64,000 nt of DNA from Mobula hypostoma. Lineage: Eukaryota. Shown piece after piece: positions 47,693-59,930 of the stretch; position 1 is the stretch's first letter, and the number at the start of each line of letters is the position of its first letter. The notes under the pieces were generated by a model. That model did no database searches. It was not told the origin of the DNA and saw only the letters and a list, made by a program, of their open reading frames with translations. The position numbers were made by a program, and so were the translations under genes. Where the stretch lies: positions 186,001 to 250,000 of the forward strand of contig NC_086097.1 of NCBI RefSeq assembly GCF_963921235.1, read 5' to 3'.

Positions 47693-49440
47693 TATACTTT
47701 ATACTTTATTGTCACCAAACAATTGGTACTAGAATGTACAATCATCACAGCGATATTTGATTCTGCGCTTCACACTCCCTGGATGACAAATATTAAATAT
47801 TAAAAATAGTTAAAATTAGTAAATATTAAAAATATAAATTATAAATCATAAATAGAAAAATGGGAAGTAAGGTAGTGCAAAAAAACTGAGAGGCAGGTCC
47901 GGATATTTGGAGGGTACGGCCCAGATCCGGGTCAGGATCCGTTCAGCAGTCTTATCACAGTTGGAAAGAAGCTGTTCCCAAATCTGGCCGTACGAGTCTT
48001 CAAGCTCCTGAACCTTCCCCTGGAGGGAAGAGGGACGAAAAGTGTGTTGGCTGGGTGGGTCGTATCCTTGATTGTCCTGGCAGCACTGCTCCAACAGCGT
48101 GCAGTGTAAAGTGAGTCTACGGATGGAAGATTGGTTTGTGTGATGTGCTGTGCCGTGTTCACGATGTTCTGCAGCTTCTTTTGGTCTTGGACAGGACAAC
48201 TTCCATACCAGGTTGTGATGCACCTTAGAAGAATGCTTTCTACAGTGCATCTGTAAAAATTAGTGAGGGTTTTAGGGGACAGGGCAAATTCCTTTAGTTT
48301 TCTCAGGAAGTAAAGGTGCTGGTGGGCCTTTTTGGCAGTAAACTCTGCTTGGTTGGACCAAGTCAGGTCATTTGTGATATTGACCCTGAGGAACTTAAAG
48401 CTTTTGACCTGTTCCACTTGCGCACCACCGATGTAAATTGGGTCGTGCGGTCCGCTACTCCTTCTGAAGTCAACAACCAATTCCTTCATCTTGCTGACGT
48501 TGAGGGATAGATTATTGTCTTCGCACCATGCCAGCAGGTTCTTAATTTCCTGTCTGTACTCAAACTCATCATTACCCGAGATATGGCCTACAATTGTGGT
48601 GTCATCAGCAAACTTATATATTGAGTTCAATGGAAACTTGGCTACACAATCATGGGTGTACAGTGAGTACAGCAGGGGGCTGAGTACACAGCCTTGTGGG
48701 GCACCGGTGCTCAGAGTGATTGTAGAGGAGAGCTTGTCCCCTATTTTTACAGCCTGGGTCCTGTCTGTGAGGAAGTTGAAGATCCAGCTGCAGATCTGAG
48801 TGCTAAGGCCGTGGTTCCGGAGCTTAGGAATCAGTTTATTTGGAATGATGGTATTAAAGGCAGAGCTGTAGTCAATGAAAAGGAGCCTTACGTATGCGTC
48901 TTTATTCTCCTAAGGAAGAATGTAGGGCCAGAGAGATGGCAGCTGCCATTGACCTGTTGCTCCGGTAGGCGAACTGCAAAGCGTCGAGGTTGACCGGTAG
49001 GCTGTGGTTGATGTGTGCCATACCCAATCTTTCGAAGCACCTCATAGCAATTGATGTCAGAGCCACAGGTTGATAGTCATTCAGGCATGCCACCTTGCTC
49101 TTCTTCGGCACTGGGATTATCATTGCCTCCTTAAAACATGAGGGGATCTTAGACTGAAGCAAGGAGCAGTTGAAGATGTCAGCAAATACTCCAGCTAGCT
49201 CGCTTGCACAGGCTCAGAGAACCCATCCTGGGAGGCCATCTGGGCCTGTCGCCTTCCTTGGATTTATCTTCAGGAAGGGCCTTCTAACGTCCTCCTCGGT
49301 GATGATGAATCTCGATGCCACCAGGTAGGGTTCATCCGGAGGGAGTGGAATGCTCCTCTTCTGTTCGAATCTTGCGTAGAATACGTTAAGTTCGTCAGGA
49401 AGAGAAGCGCCACAGTTAGTGATATTCCCAGCATTTTCTT
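47693..49440 (-). mobile_element. 5'-truncated Rex1/Babar LINE
   Basis: [10 protein letters not shown]...[32 protein letters not shown]; tail TGACAATAAAGTATAAAGTATA. Confidence 0.9.
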
Positions 49441-49675
49441 TTCTTTTTATTTTATATATATCTCAAAGAGAAAGAAGTATTCTAAAGGCAAGGTTACAAT
49501 TCAGAAGGCACAGAAGGGGTTCAAAGGAGGTTCATGAAAATGATTCCAGGATTGAGTGGCTTGTCACATGAAGTGTGTTCAATGGCTCTGGGCTGTGCTC
49601 AGTAGCATACAGAAAAATGAGGGGTGACCGCAAGGCCTTGATAAAGTGGATGTGGATGTAGGTGTGGAGAGGATA

Positions 49676-50645
49676 CATTAATGATTTAGATGAAGGGATT
49701 AAAAGTAACATTAGCAAATTTGCGGATGACACAAAGCTGGGTGGCAGTGTGAAATGTGAGGAGGATGTTATGAGAATGCAGGGTGACTTGGACAGGCTGG
49801 ATGAGTGGGCGGATGCATGGCAGATGCAGTTTAATGTGGATAAATGTGAGGTTATCCACTTTAGTGGTACGAACAGGAAGGCAGATTATTATCTAAATGG
49901 AGTTAAGTTAGGAAAAGGGGAAGTACAACGAGATCTAGGTGTTCATGTACATCAGTCACTGAAAGCAAGCATGCAAGTACAGCAGGCAGTGAAAAAAGCT
50001 AATGGCATGCTGGCCTTCATAACAAGGGGAATTGAGTATAGGAGCAAAGAGGTCCTTCTGCAGCTGTACAGGGCCCTGGTGAGACCACACCTGGAGTATT
50101 GTGTGCAGTTTTGGTCTCTAAATTTGAGGAAGGACATTCTTGCTATTGAGGGTGTGCAGCGTAGGTTCACAAGGTTAATTCCTGGGATGACTGGACTGTC
50201 ATATATTGAAAGTTTGGAGTGACTGGGCTTGTATGCACTGGAATTTAGAAGGCTGAGAGGGGATCTTATTGAAACATATAAGATTATTAAGGGATTGGAC
50301 ACGCTGGAGGCAGGAAGCATATTCCCACTGATGGGTGAGTCGAGAACCAGAGGCCACAGTTTAAGAATTAGGGGTAGGCCATTTAGAACGGAGTTGAGGA
50401 AAAACTTTTTCACCCAGAGAGTGGTGGATATGTGGAATGCTCTGCCCCAGAAGGCAGTGAAGGCCAAGTCTCTGGATGCTTTCAAGAAAGAGATGGATAG
50501 AGCTCTTAAAGATAGCGGAATCAAAGGTTATGGGGATAAGGCATGAACTGAATACTGATTTTGGATGATCAGCCATGATCACAGTGAATGGCGGTTCTGG
50601 CTCCAAGGGCCAAATGGCCTACTCCTGCACCTATTGTCTATTGTT
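49676..50645 (+). mobile_element. CR1 family B 3' fragment
   Basis: Near-identical to 6672-7637. Confidence 0.93.
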
Positions 50646-50712
50646 TCCTATGGTGGGAGAGTCTAAGACCACAGCCTCAGAATAGAGGGGCATCCTTGTA
50701 GAACAGAGATGA

Positions 50713-52100
50713 GTCATAGTCATACTTTATTGATCCCGGGGGAAATTGGTTTTCGTTACAGTTGCACCATAAATAATAAATAGTAATAGAACCATAAATA
50801 GTTAAATAGTAATATGTAAATTATTAAATAAGTCCAGGACCAGCTTATTGGCTCAGGGTGTCCAACCCTCCAAGGCAGGAGTTGTAAAGTTTGATGGCCA
50901 CAGGCAGGAATGACTTCCTATCATGCTCTGTGCTGCATCTTGGTGGAATGAGTCTCTGGCTGAATGTACTCCTGTGCCCACCCAGTACATTATGTAGTGG
51001 ATGGGAGACAATGACCAAGATGGCATGCAACTTAGACAGCATCCTCTTTTCAGACACCACCATGAGAGAGTCCAGTTCCATCCCCACAACATCACTGGCC
51101 TTATGAATGAGTTTGTTGATTCTGTTGGTGTCTGCTACCCTCAGCCTGCTGCCCCAGCACACAACAGCAAACATGATAGCACTGGCCACCACAGACTCGT
51201 AGAACATCCTCAGCAGATGTCAAAAGACCTCAGTCTCCTCAGGAAATAGAGACGGCTCTGACCCTTCTTGTAGACAGCCTCAGTGTTCTTTGACCAGTCC
51301 AGTTTATTGTCAATTCATATCCCCAGGTATTTGTAATCCTCCACCATGTCCACATTGACCCCCTGGATGGAAACAGGGGTCACCGGTACCTTAGCTCTCC
51401 TCAGGTCTACCACCAGCTCCTTAGTATTTTTCACATTAAGCTGCAGATCATTCTGCTCACACCATGTGACAAAGATTCCTACCGTAGCCCTGTACTCAGC
51501 CTCATCTCCCTTGCTGATGCATCCAACTATGGCAGAGTCATCCGAAAACTTCTGAAGATGACAAGACTCTGTGCAGTAGTTGAAGTCCGAGGTGTAAATG
51601 GTGAAGAGAAAGGGAGACAAGACAGTCCCCTGTGGAGCCCCAATGCTGCTGATCACTCTGTAGGACACAGTGTTGCAAGCACACGTACTGTGGTCTGCCA
51701 GTCAGGTAATCAAGAATCCATGACACCAGGGAAGCATCCACCTGCATCGCTGTCAGCTTCTCCCCCAGCAGAGCAGGGCGGATGGTGTTGAACGCACTGG
51801 AGAAGTCAAAAAACATGACCCTCACAGTGCTCGCTGGCTTGTCCAGGTGGGCGTAGACACGGTTCAGCAGGTAGACGATGGCATCCTCAACTCCTAGTCG
51901 GAGCTGGTAGGCGAACTGGAGGGGATCTAAGTGTGGCCTGACCATAGGCCGGAGCAGCTCCAGAACAAGTCTCTCCAGGGTCTTCATGATGTGGGAGGTC
52001 AATGCCACTGGTCTGTAGTCATTGAGGCCGCTGGGGCGCGGCGTCTTCGGCACAGGGTTGAGGCAATACGTCTTCCACAGTACAGGAACCCTTGAGTACA
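50713..52100 (-). mobile_element. 5'-truncated Rex1 LINE inserted in an older CR1 3' end (50646-50712, 52125-52285)
   Basis: LNDYRPVALTSH, FFDFSSAFNTI, GAPQGTVLSP, QKFSDDSAIVG; tail AATAAAGTATGACTATGACT. Confidence 0.92.
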
Positions 52101-52738
52101 GTACAGGAATTTCTTGAGGCAAACTGGTGAATCTGTGGAATTCTTTGCCACAGGCAGCCGTGGAAACCAAGTTTTTATGTATATTTAAGGCAGAGGTAGA
52201 TTGATTCTTGATTGGTCAAGGCATTAAAGGATACAGGGAGAAGGAAGAGATTGGGGCTTTGAGGAATATTGGATCAGCCATGATGAAATGGCATAGCAGA
52301 GACACACCCTGACCCATGGGATACAGACACATACACCAGCACCCATGGGATATAGAGATGCACCTTCACAACCATGCATTAGGGATCCCAGGTTACATGA
52401 CTGATGATATGCCCCAATGCACACACAGTTAATTAAGCCAAGTGGTGTTGGACCAGGTCAAAGGCATGGACCAGATTAAAGTGGCTCTACTGCCCTATCC
52501 ACAGCACCACTTACCTCCTGACACTAAACTCCATAACCCTATCTCCCCTAGCCCCACAAATATGTCCTTCAACCCTACCTTAATCCTAATCCTAACGTCC
52601 AAACACACTCCAACTGACGTGGACTGCACTCGACTAACCCTGTTCACACCCCCACAAATGAGCTGACGTGTATGGAGGAGGACCATCCAATAAAGGCAAA
52701 TGCTGGACCTGGTTTATGAAGGTGTGGGCAGATCAAAA

Positions 52739-55700
52739 CAGGGTTACCAGCTTGGCTTTTTTTTGTGCCAAATTCCAGAAAGCTGGCTTTTTCTGGTTGG
52801 CGTCAGCAAAATCATTTGGCTTTTTTGGCTTTTCCTGGCTTTTCTACATGCTAAGATTGTCTGCACGAAAATTACATACCATCCTTTTTCTGAACCATTT
52901 TCCTTTCAGAAAAATGTTTTTTGGTCAGTTATGTTTGGCAATATTTCTGCCGCCAAGTGTCTGGGCAAGAAGGCGCCAACCAGCAAGTCGGCAACACGAT
53001 CATGTGCCCACCCGTCCGGGTGGGTGCAGTTTTTCTCAGATTTCCAAAGTGTTTGGATGTGGTTTATAATCATACAAATCGACCGTGAAGCGTACTTTCT
53101 GTACATAATAACGATTTGTGGTGAAACTGTGATGCCTTCGGCTGTTTTTATAAAGGCTAGTAACCTTACAAATCATGAAAAATCGGAGAAACACAAGTGG
53201 TAAACGCCATCAAAAGGCCAGACGCAACTTAATGTAACAAAGACTCCAAGGCAAGATAATGATAAAGTTAAGGCAGCAGAGCTGCAAGTTGCTGTAAGCA
53301 TGACCTGCCATTGTGCGATACGTACAGTTGACCACCTGAGTGAAATCATGATAGCACATGGGCATGGGAATACACTGGAGCACATAAAGTTACATAAAAC
53401 TAAATGTACATGCTTAATCAAAAACATCATTTCGCCTGCACTGAAAACTGGTCTCATTGATGACTTTCAGAATAAGAAATATGCCATCATTATAGATGGA
53501 TCTACTAACATTTCAACACAAAGACACTTGTGTATTTTAGTTCAAATTTTAAGTGATAGAACAAAGGAAACTGTAACTGGATTTCTAGGTTTAATTGCGG
53601 TGCAAGAGGCTACAGGAAAAACATATTCAATTCGATTGACGAGGAAATCAAAAGATGTGGCCAGAGTCTTGAAAATTGCATTGGTTTTGCATCGGATGGT
53701 GCACCAAACATGGTTGGGTGCAACAACTCTGTGTGGTCTAGATTAAAGATGTGCCTCCTTTCTGTGTGCAACTCAAACGTATCTGTCATTGGCTGGCACT
53801 GTGCATTCAATATGCAGTGTCCAAGCTACCATCAAATATTGGATTTTTGCTGTCTGAAGTACGCAATTGGTTTCATAGAACATAGAATAGTACAGCACAG
53901 TACAGGCCCTTCGACCCACAATGTTGTGCCGACCCTCAAACCCTGCCTCCCATATAAGACCGCACCTTAAATTCCTCCATATACCTGTTTAGTAGTCTCT
54001 TAAACTTCACTAGTGTATCTACCTCCACCACTGACTCAGGCAGTGCATTCCACGCACCAACCACTCTCTGAGTAAAAAACCTTCCTCTAATATCCCCCTT
54101 GAACTTCCCACCCCTTACCTTAAAGCCATGTCCTCTTGTATTGAGCAGTGGTGCCCTGGGAAAGAGGCGCTGGCTATCTACTCTATCTATTCCTCTTATT
54201 ATCTTGTACACCATATCATGTCTCCTCTCATCCTCCTTCTCTCGAAAGAGTAAAGCCCTAGCTCCCTTAATCTCTGATCATAATGCATACTCTCTAAACC
54301 AGGCAGCATCCTGGTAAATCTCCTCTGTACCATTTCCAATGCTTCCACATCCTTCCTATAGTGAGGTGACCAGAACTGGACACAGTACTCCAAGTGTGGC
54401 CTAACCAGAGTTTTATGGAGCTGCATCATTATATTGCGACTCTTAAACTCTATCCCTCGACTTATGAAAGCTAACACCCAATAAGCTCTCTTAAGTACCC
54501 TATCCACCTGTGAGGCAACTTTCAGGGATCTGTGGACATGTACCCCCAGATCCCTCTGCTCCTCCACACTACCAAGCATCCTGCCATTTACTTTGTACTC
54601 TGCCTTGGAGTTTGTCCTTCCAAAGTGTACCACCTCACACTTCTCCGGGTTGAACTCCATCTGCCACTTCTCAGCCCACTTCTGCACCCTATCAATGTCT
54701 CTCTGCAATCTTTGACAATCCTCAACACTATCTACAACACCACCAACCTTTGTGTTGTCTGCAAACTCGCCAACCCATCCTTCTACCCCCACATCCAGGT
54801 TGTTAATAAAAATCATGAAAAGTAGAGGTCCCAGAACAGATCCTTGTGGGACACCACTAGTCACAACCCTCCAATCTGAATGTACTCCCTCCACCACCAC
54901 CCTCTGCCTTCTGCAGGCAAGCCAATTCTGAATTCACTTGGCCAAACTTCTCTGGATCCCGTGCCTTCTGACTTTCTGAATAAGCCTACTGTGTGGAACC
55001 TTGTCAAATGCCTTACTAAAATCCATATAGATCACATCCACTGCACTACCCTCCTCTATATGCCCGGTCACCTCCTCAAAGAACTCTATCAGGATTGTTA
55101 GACACGATCTGCCCTTCACAAAGCCATGCTGACTGTCCCTGATCAGACCATGATTCTCTAAATGCCTAGAGATTCTATCTCTAAGAATCTTTTCTAACAG
55201 CCCTCTGGTCTATAATTACCCGGACTATCCCTACTACCTTTATTGAACAAGGGGACAACATTCGCCTCCCTCCAATCCTCTGGTACCATTCCCGTGGACA
55301 ACGAGGATATAAAGATCCTAGCCAGAGGCTCAGCAATCTCTTCCCTCGCCTCGTGGAGCAGCCTCGGGAATATTCTGTCAGGCCCTGGGGACTTATCCAT
55401 CCTAATGTATTTTAACAACTCCAACACCTTCTCTCCCTAAATATCAACATGCTCTAGAACATCAACCTGACTCATATTGTCCTCACCATCATCAAGTTCC
55501 CTCTCATTGGTGAATACCGAAGAAAAGTATTCATTGAGGACCTCGCTCACTTCCACAGCCTCCAGGCACATCTTCCCACCTTTATCTCTAAACGGTCCTA
55601 CCTTCATTCCTGTCATCCTTTTTTTCTTCACATAATTGAAGAATGCCTTGGGGTTCTCCTTTACCCTGATTGCCAAGGTCTTCTCATGCCCCCTTCTTGC

Positions 55701-57926
55701 TCTTCTCAGCCCCTTCTTAAGCTCCTTTCTTGCTTCCCTATATTCCTCGATAGACCCATCTGATCCTTGCTTCCTAAACCTCATGTATGCTGCCTTCTTC
55801 CACCTGACTGGATTTTCCACCACACTTGTCACCCATGGTTCCTTCACCCTACCATTCTTTATCTTCCTCACCGGGACAAATTTATTCCTAACATCCTGCA
55901 AGAGATCACTAAACATCGACTACATGTCCATTAGTAAAATTGCCTGCAGAAACACCATCGGAATTCACACCCGCAAGTTCTAGCCTTATAGCCTCATAAT
56001 TTGGCCTTTCCCAATTAAAAGTTTTCCTGTCCTCTCTGATTCTATCCTTTTCCATGATAATGCTAAAGGCCAGGGAGAGGTGGTCACTGTCCCCCAGATG
56101 CTCACCCACTGAGAGATCTGTGACCTGACCCGGTTCATTACCTAGTACTAGATCTAGTATGGCATTCACCCTAGTTGGCCTGTCCACATACAGTGATAGG
56201 AATCCATCCTGGACATACTTAACAAACTCTGCCCCATCTAAACCCTTGGAACCAATCAGGTGCCAATCAATATTAGGGAAGTTAAAGTCACCCATGATAA
56301 CAACCCTGTTATTTTTGCACCTTTTGAAAATCTGCCTCCCAATCTGGTCCTCTCTATCTCTGTTGCTACCAGGGGGCCTATAGAATACCCCCAATAGAGT
56401 AACTGCTCCCTTCCTGTTCCTGACTTCCACCCATACTGACTCCAAAGAGGATCCTGCTACATTACCCACCCTTTCTGTAGCTGTAATAGTATCCCTGACC
56501 AGTAATGCCACCCCTCCTCCCCTTTTTCTGTCCTCTCTATCCCTTTTAAAGCACTGAAATCCAGGAATATTGAGAATCCATTCCTGCCCTGGTGCCTCTC
56601 TGTAAGTGGCCACTACATTATAATTCCATGTATGTATCCAAGCTCTCAGTTCATCACCTTTGTTCCTGATGCTTCTTGCATTGAGGTACACACATTTCAG
56701 CCCTTCTACCTTCCTGTCTTTACACCGTTTATTCTGCTTCTCTTTCCTCAAAGCCTCTCCCGCCATAGTGAATTAAGACAAGAAGCATACAAAGAATTGT
56801 TTTGAGTGATGAACACAGCTATAGAATTTGAGCTAACTTGAACTGCCCCCCTCCCCTTTATAAAGCCTTCATCTATTTCGTGGCTTGTGCGTGGAAAGGT
56901 CATGTTTAATATTTTGATGAACTGGGAAGAGCTAAAGGCTTATTTCACTTCTGCTGAACTAGCCCAATCAAAGCTTGATACAAAATTCAAAGCAAGACTC
57001 CTAAAGTTTGCAACACCGACCTGTTGTGCAGGAATTTGAAAGACTGAACAGCCTTTTCCAGCAAACCAAAGTTGATCCTCATGAATTGTAGCAACAAATA
57101 TTCTTACACCAGAAGAGTCTTCAGAACAGACTGTATGATGCGAAAAAACAGAAAAAAAAATATTAATGATGTTGGATTTTGGTATCAAATTCTTAACATC
57201 ATGTAATAAGTTCCTACAGCAGAACAATAGTGCTGAGGCCCATCTGGAAATAAAAAATGTCAAAGAAAGATGTATGTCTTTGCTGGAAGAAGCTCTGAGT
57301 CAAGTTACATGTGGACTTCCGTCGGTGAGAGATACATTTGAAAGTTTATCAAAATTGAGCCCTGTGATAATTTTAAACCAAGCTTCAAGGCCCATGTTTT
57401 CCGAGTTACCCTTTATACACCTTGCAGGAAACAATGTCAGCACTACTGAAGAAGAATAGAGAAAAATGCCTTTTGTGGATTGGAAAGAAGCAGCTCCATT
57501 TAAGAAAGATGGACTCCCGACAGACACTGAAGAGTTTTGGCTTGGTGTACTTCAGCAACAGGCATTTAAAGAGGTCGCCACCTTTGCCCTTACTTGCCTA
57601 ATAACCCCTGTCAGCAATGCTGTCGTTGAGAGGTTATTTTCTCTTGTATCCTCCATTAAAAATAAGGCAAGAAAGGGAATGCAGCTGAATCTTCCTGATG
57701 CTATTGTGAGAATCAGGACAGAACTATTGCTTTCAAGCAAATGTTGTAAAGACTTCACTGCATCTCCAGAAATGCTAAAAAAAACTTCACATCGGCCGTA
57801 CGTTCCACTGATTCCAGTGAAGAGGAGAGTAATGACCTGGATCTGGAGTTTTTGTTGTGATGTGAGTGTCGGGGAAACAGTGGAATTTCTCTGGCTTTAA
57901 ATTAAAATTTCAATCTGGCAACCCTG
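52739..57926 (+). mobile_element. hAT DNA transposon with decayed transposase, interrupted by a CR1
   Basis: TIRs CAGGGTTACCAG / CTGGCAACCCTG; perfect 8-bp TSD GATCAAAA (52731-38, 57927-34). Motifs IIIDGSTNIS, GFASDGAPNMVG, ICHWLALC and C-terminal PVSNAVVERLFS; subterminal TGGCTTTT repeats at 52753-52843. Confidence 0.95.
53875..56762 (-). mobile_element. CR1 family D, whole ORF2 region, nested in the hAT
   Basis: ORFs 55909-56766 (APE), 55437-55916 and 54199-54900 (RT); tail atagaacatagaatag. Confidence 0.95.
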
Positions 57927-57939
57927 GATCAAAATAGCA

Positions 57940-58117
57940 GGGCTGCGTGATACTGACTCTCGAATGACGCGTTCAAGAAGGCTAATTTGCTCACTGTTCG
58001 CATAAGCACAACTTATTCCACTCCATGGTATCCAAAGCACCCGGGTAGTGCCGCGCATGCGCGCTATCTGTTGCCACGGGAGACGCGGCCTGTGCTTCCT
58101 GCTCAATCCGTGGCGAG
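57940..58117 (+). promoter_or_regulatory. POMT2 CpG-island promoter with NRF1 and RFX X-box-like motifs
   Basis: Perfect NRF1 palindrome GCGCATGCGC at 58053-58062 and X-box-like GTTGCCACGGGAGAC at 58070-58084, directly upstream of the ATG. Confidence 0.7.
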
Positions 58118-58338
58118 ATGTCCTGCAGGCAAGCGAAGTATTCCCGGGATTTTACTGCATTGAGGGTTGCAGAAAGGCTGTTGGAAGGCTTGGGTTGCAA
58201 ACGAGCCTCGGTGGAACCGGCCAAGGGAATAAGGGGTGACGGCGACGGCCACGGCCATCGCCATTTGCTGCTGATGTTGGTCACCGCGCTGTCGCTGCTC
58301 AGCCGCTTCCACCACTTGTCGGAGCCCCAGCATGTTTG
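58118..58338 (+). CDS. POMT2: Protein O-mannosyltransferase 2, first coding exon
   Basis: The ORF ends ...LLLMLVTALSLLSRFHHLSEPQHV(C), matching recalled human POMT2 [24 protein letters not shown]. It lies in a CpG island; phase-2 donor TG|gtgggt at 58338/58339. The start ATG at 58118 is less certain. Confidence 0.85.
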
Positions 58339-58489
58339 GTGGGTGAGCGTTGGGTGGGGAGGTCGGTGTCTGGGGAGTGTCTGTGAGATTGGAGTGTGAG
58401 GTGTTTAGTATGCAGGCGGGTGGTGGGGGAATGTGCAGTGTCGGTGCGGAGTGTCTGTGAGGTGGGGAATATCCGGGAGGGTGGTAGCC

Positions 58490-59465
58490 TGCTTCCATTT
58501 ATTCTATCTATACCTCTCATAATTTTGTGTATCTCTATCAAATCTCTCAATCTTTACGTTCTAAGGAACAAAGTCCTAACCTATTCAATCATTCCTTATA
58601 TCCCGGCAACATTCTTGTAAGTGTTCTCTGTACAATTTCAACGTCATTTACATCTATCGTCTAGGTGACCAAACTACACACAATACTTCAAATTAAGCCT
58701 CACCAATGTGATATACAACAACATAACATAGAAAAATAGAAAACCTGCAGCACAATACAGGCCCTTTGGCCCACAATGCTGTGCCAAACATGTACTTACT
58801 TGGAAATTACCTGAGGTTACCCGTATCTCTCTATTTTTCTAAGCTCCATATACCGATCCAGGAGTCTCTGAGAAGACCCGATTGTATAACATCCTATCTC
58901 CAGTAATCAATACTCTGATTTATGAAGGCCAATGTGCCAAAAGTTTTCTTCTCACCCAGTCTCCTTGTGACGCCACTTCTGATAAATTATGAACTGTAAT
59001 CCCTGATTCCTTTGTCCTACAACATGCCCCAGTGCCCTACTGTTCACTGTGTAAAACCTCTGGTTGGACCTACCTAAGTGCAACACCTCACACCTATTTG
59101 CATTAAATTTCATATGGCATTTTTCAAGCTGGTCCAGATTGCACTGCATGTTCTGATAGTCTTCCTCACTGTATAGTCAGAGGCAATCATCTACTACCAA
59201 TTTCTGGCTTCTGCCACAAAGCCAATGTCTAATTGAATTTCCCAGCTTGAATGCCGAGCGACTGAACCTTTTTGAATAACCTCCCATGCAGGACCTTGTC
59301 AAATGCCTTGCTAAAGCCCATGTAGACAACATCCATTGCCTTGTCTTCATCAATTTTCCTGGTAGCTTCCTCGAAAAACTCTGTAAGGTTGTTTCGACCC
59401 AACATACCATGCATGAAGCCATGCTGACTATCTCTAATTAGTCCATGTCTATCCAAATACTCATA
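58490..59465 (-). mobile_element. Old CR1 fragments in POMT2 intron 1 (nested 3' end at ~58728-58885)
   Basis: SQHGF and FSKAFDKV motifs. Confidence 0.8.
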
Positions 59466-59467
59466 CG

Positions 59468-59930
59468 CAGGTGTCCCCCGTTTTACAAACATTTGCTTTA
59501 CGCCACTTTGCTTTTATAAAAAACCTACGTTAGTACCTGTTTTTGCTAACCGAAAGAGGATTTTTGCTTTTACGAAAAAAGACGCCCGCTTTAAACTCGT
59601 GTTTACCTTGAGAAAGACTACCATGACCATGAAGTCTTGCGCAGGCAGGTGTGTGCGAATGCGTGTACTTGCTGATTTTTTTTCCTACAAATTGGTTTTG
59701 GCTAAATCTTCCTGATTCTGTTAAGTGAACCTACACTGTACATACACTATTTCTACTTTATATAGGCTGTGTATTTATCATATTTCTGCTTTTACTGTAT
59801 GTTAGTGTTGTAGGTTTTATGTGCTATTTGGTATGATTTGGTAGGTTATTTTTTGGGTCTGGGAACACTTAAAAATTTTTCCCATATAAATTAATGGTAA
59901 TTGCTTCTTCGTTTTACGCCATTTCAGCTT
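59468..59930 (+). mobile_element. Tigger/pogo-like non-autonomous DNA element, right end cut by CR1
   Basis: Terminus CAGGTGTCCCCCGTTTTAC; repeated TTTACGCCA subterminal motif at both ends; CCCATATAAATTAATGG. Second TIR not seen. Confidence 0.55.

Noticed and set aside
49952..50524. Long antisense ORFs over CR1 RT (also 12943-13305, 22125-22529, 55636-55983)
   Set aside because: These are shadow frames of LINE ORF2, recurring only because the repeats are homologous.
52290..52360. Short ACCCATGGGATA direct repeat as a CRISPR-like array
   Set aside because: Only two units in a eukaryotic context; it is a small local duplication.
11086..57900. Tc1 or hAT transposases as intact or domesticated genes
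   Set aside because: Both have multiple stops and frameshifts and retain TIRs and TSDs; the hAT is split by a CR1.
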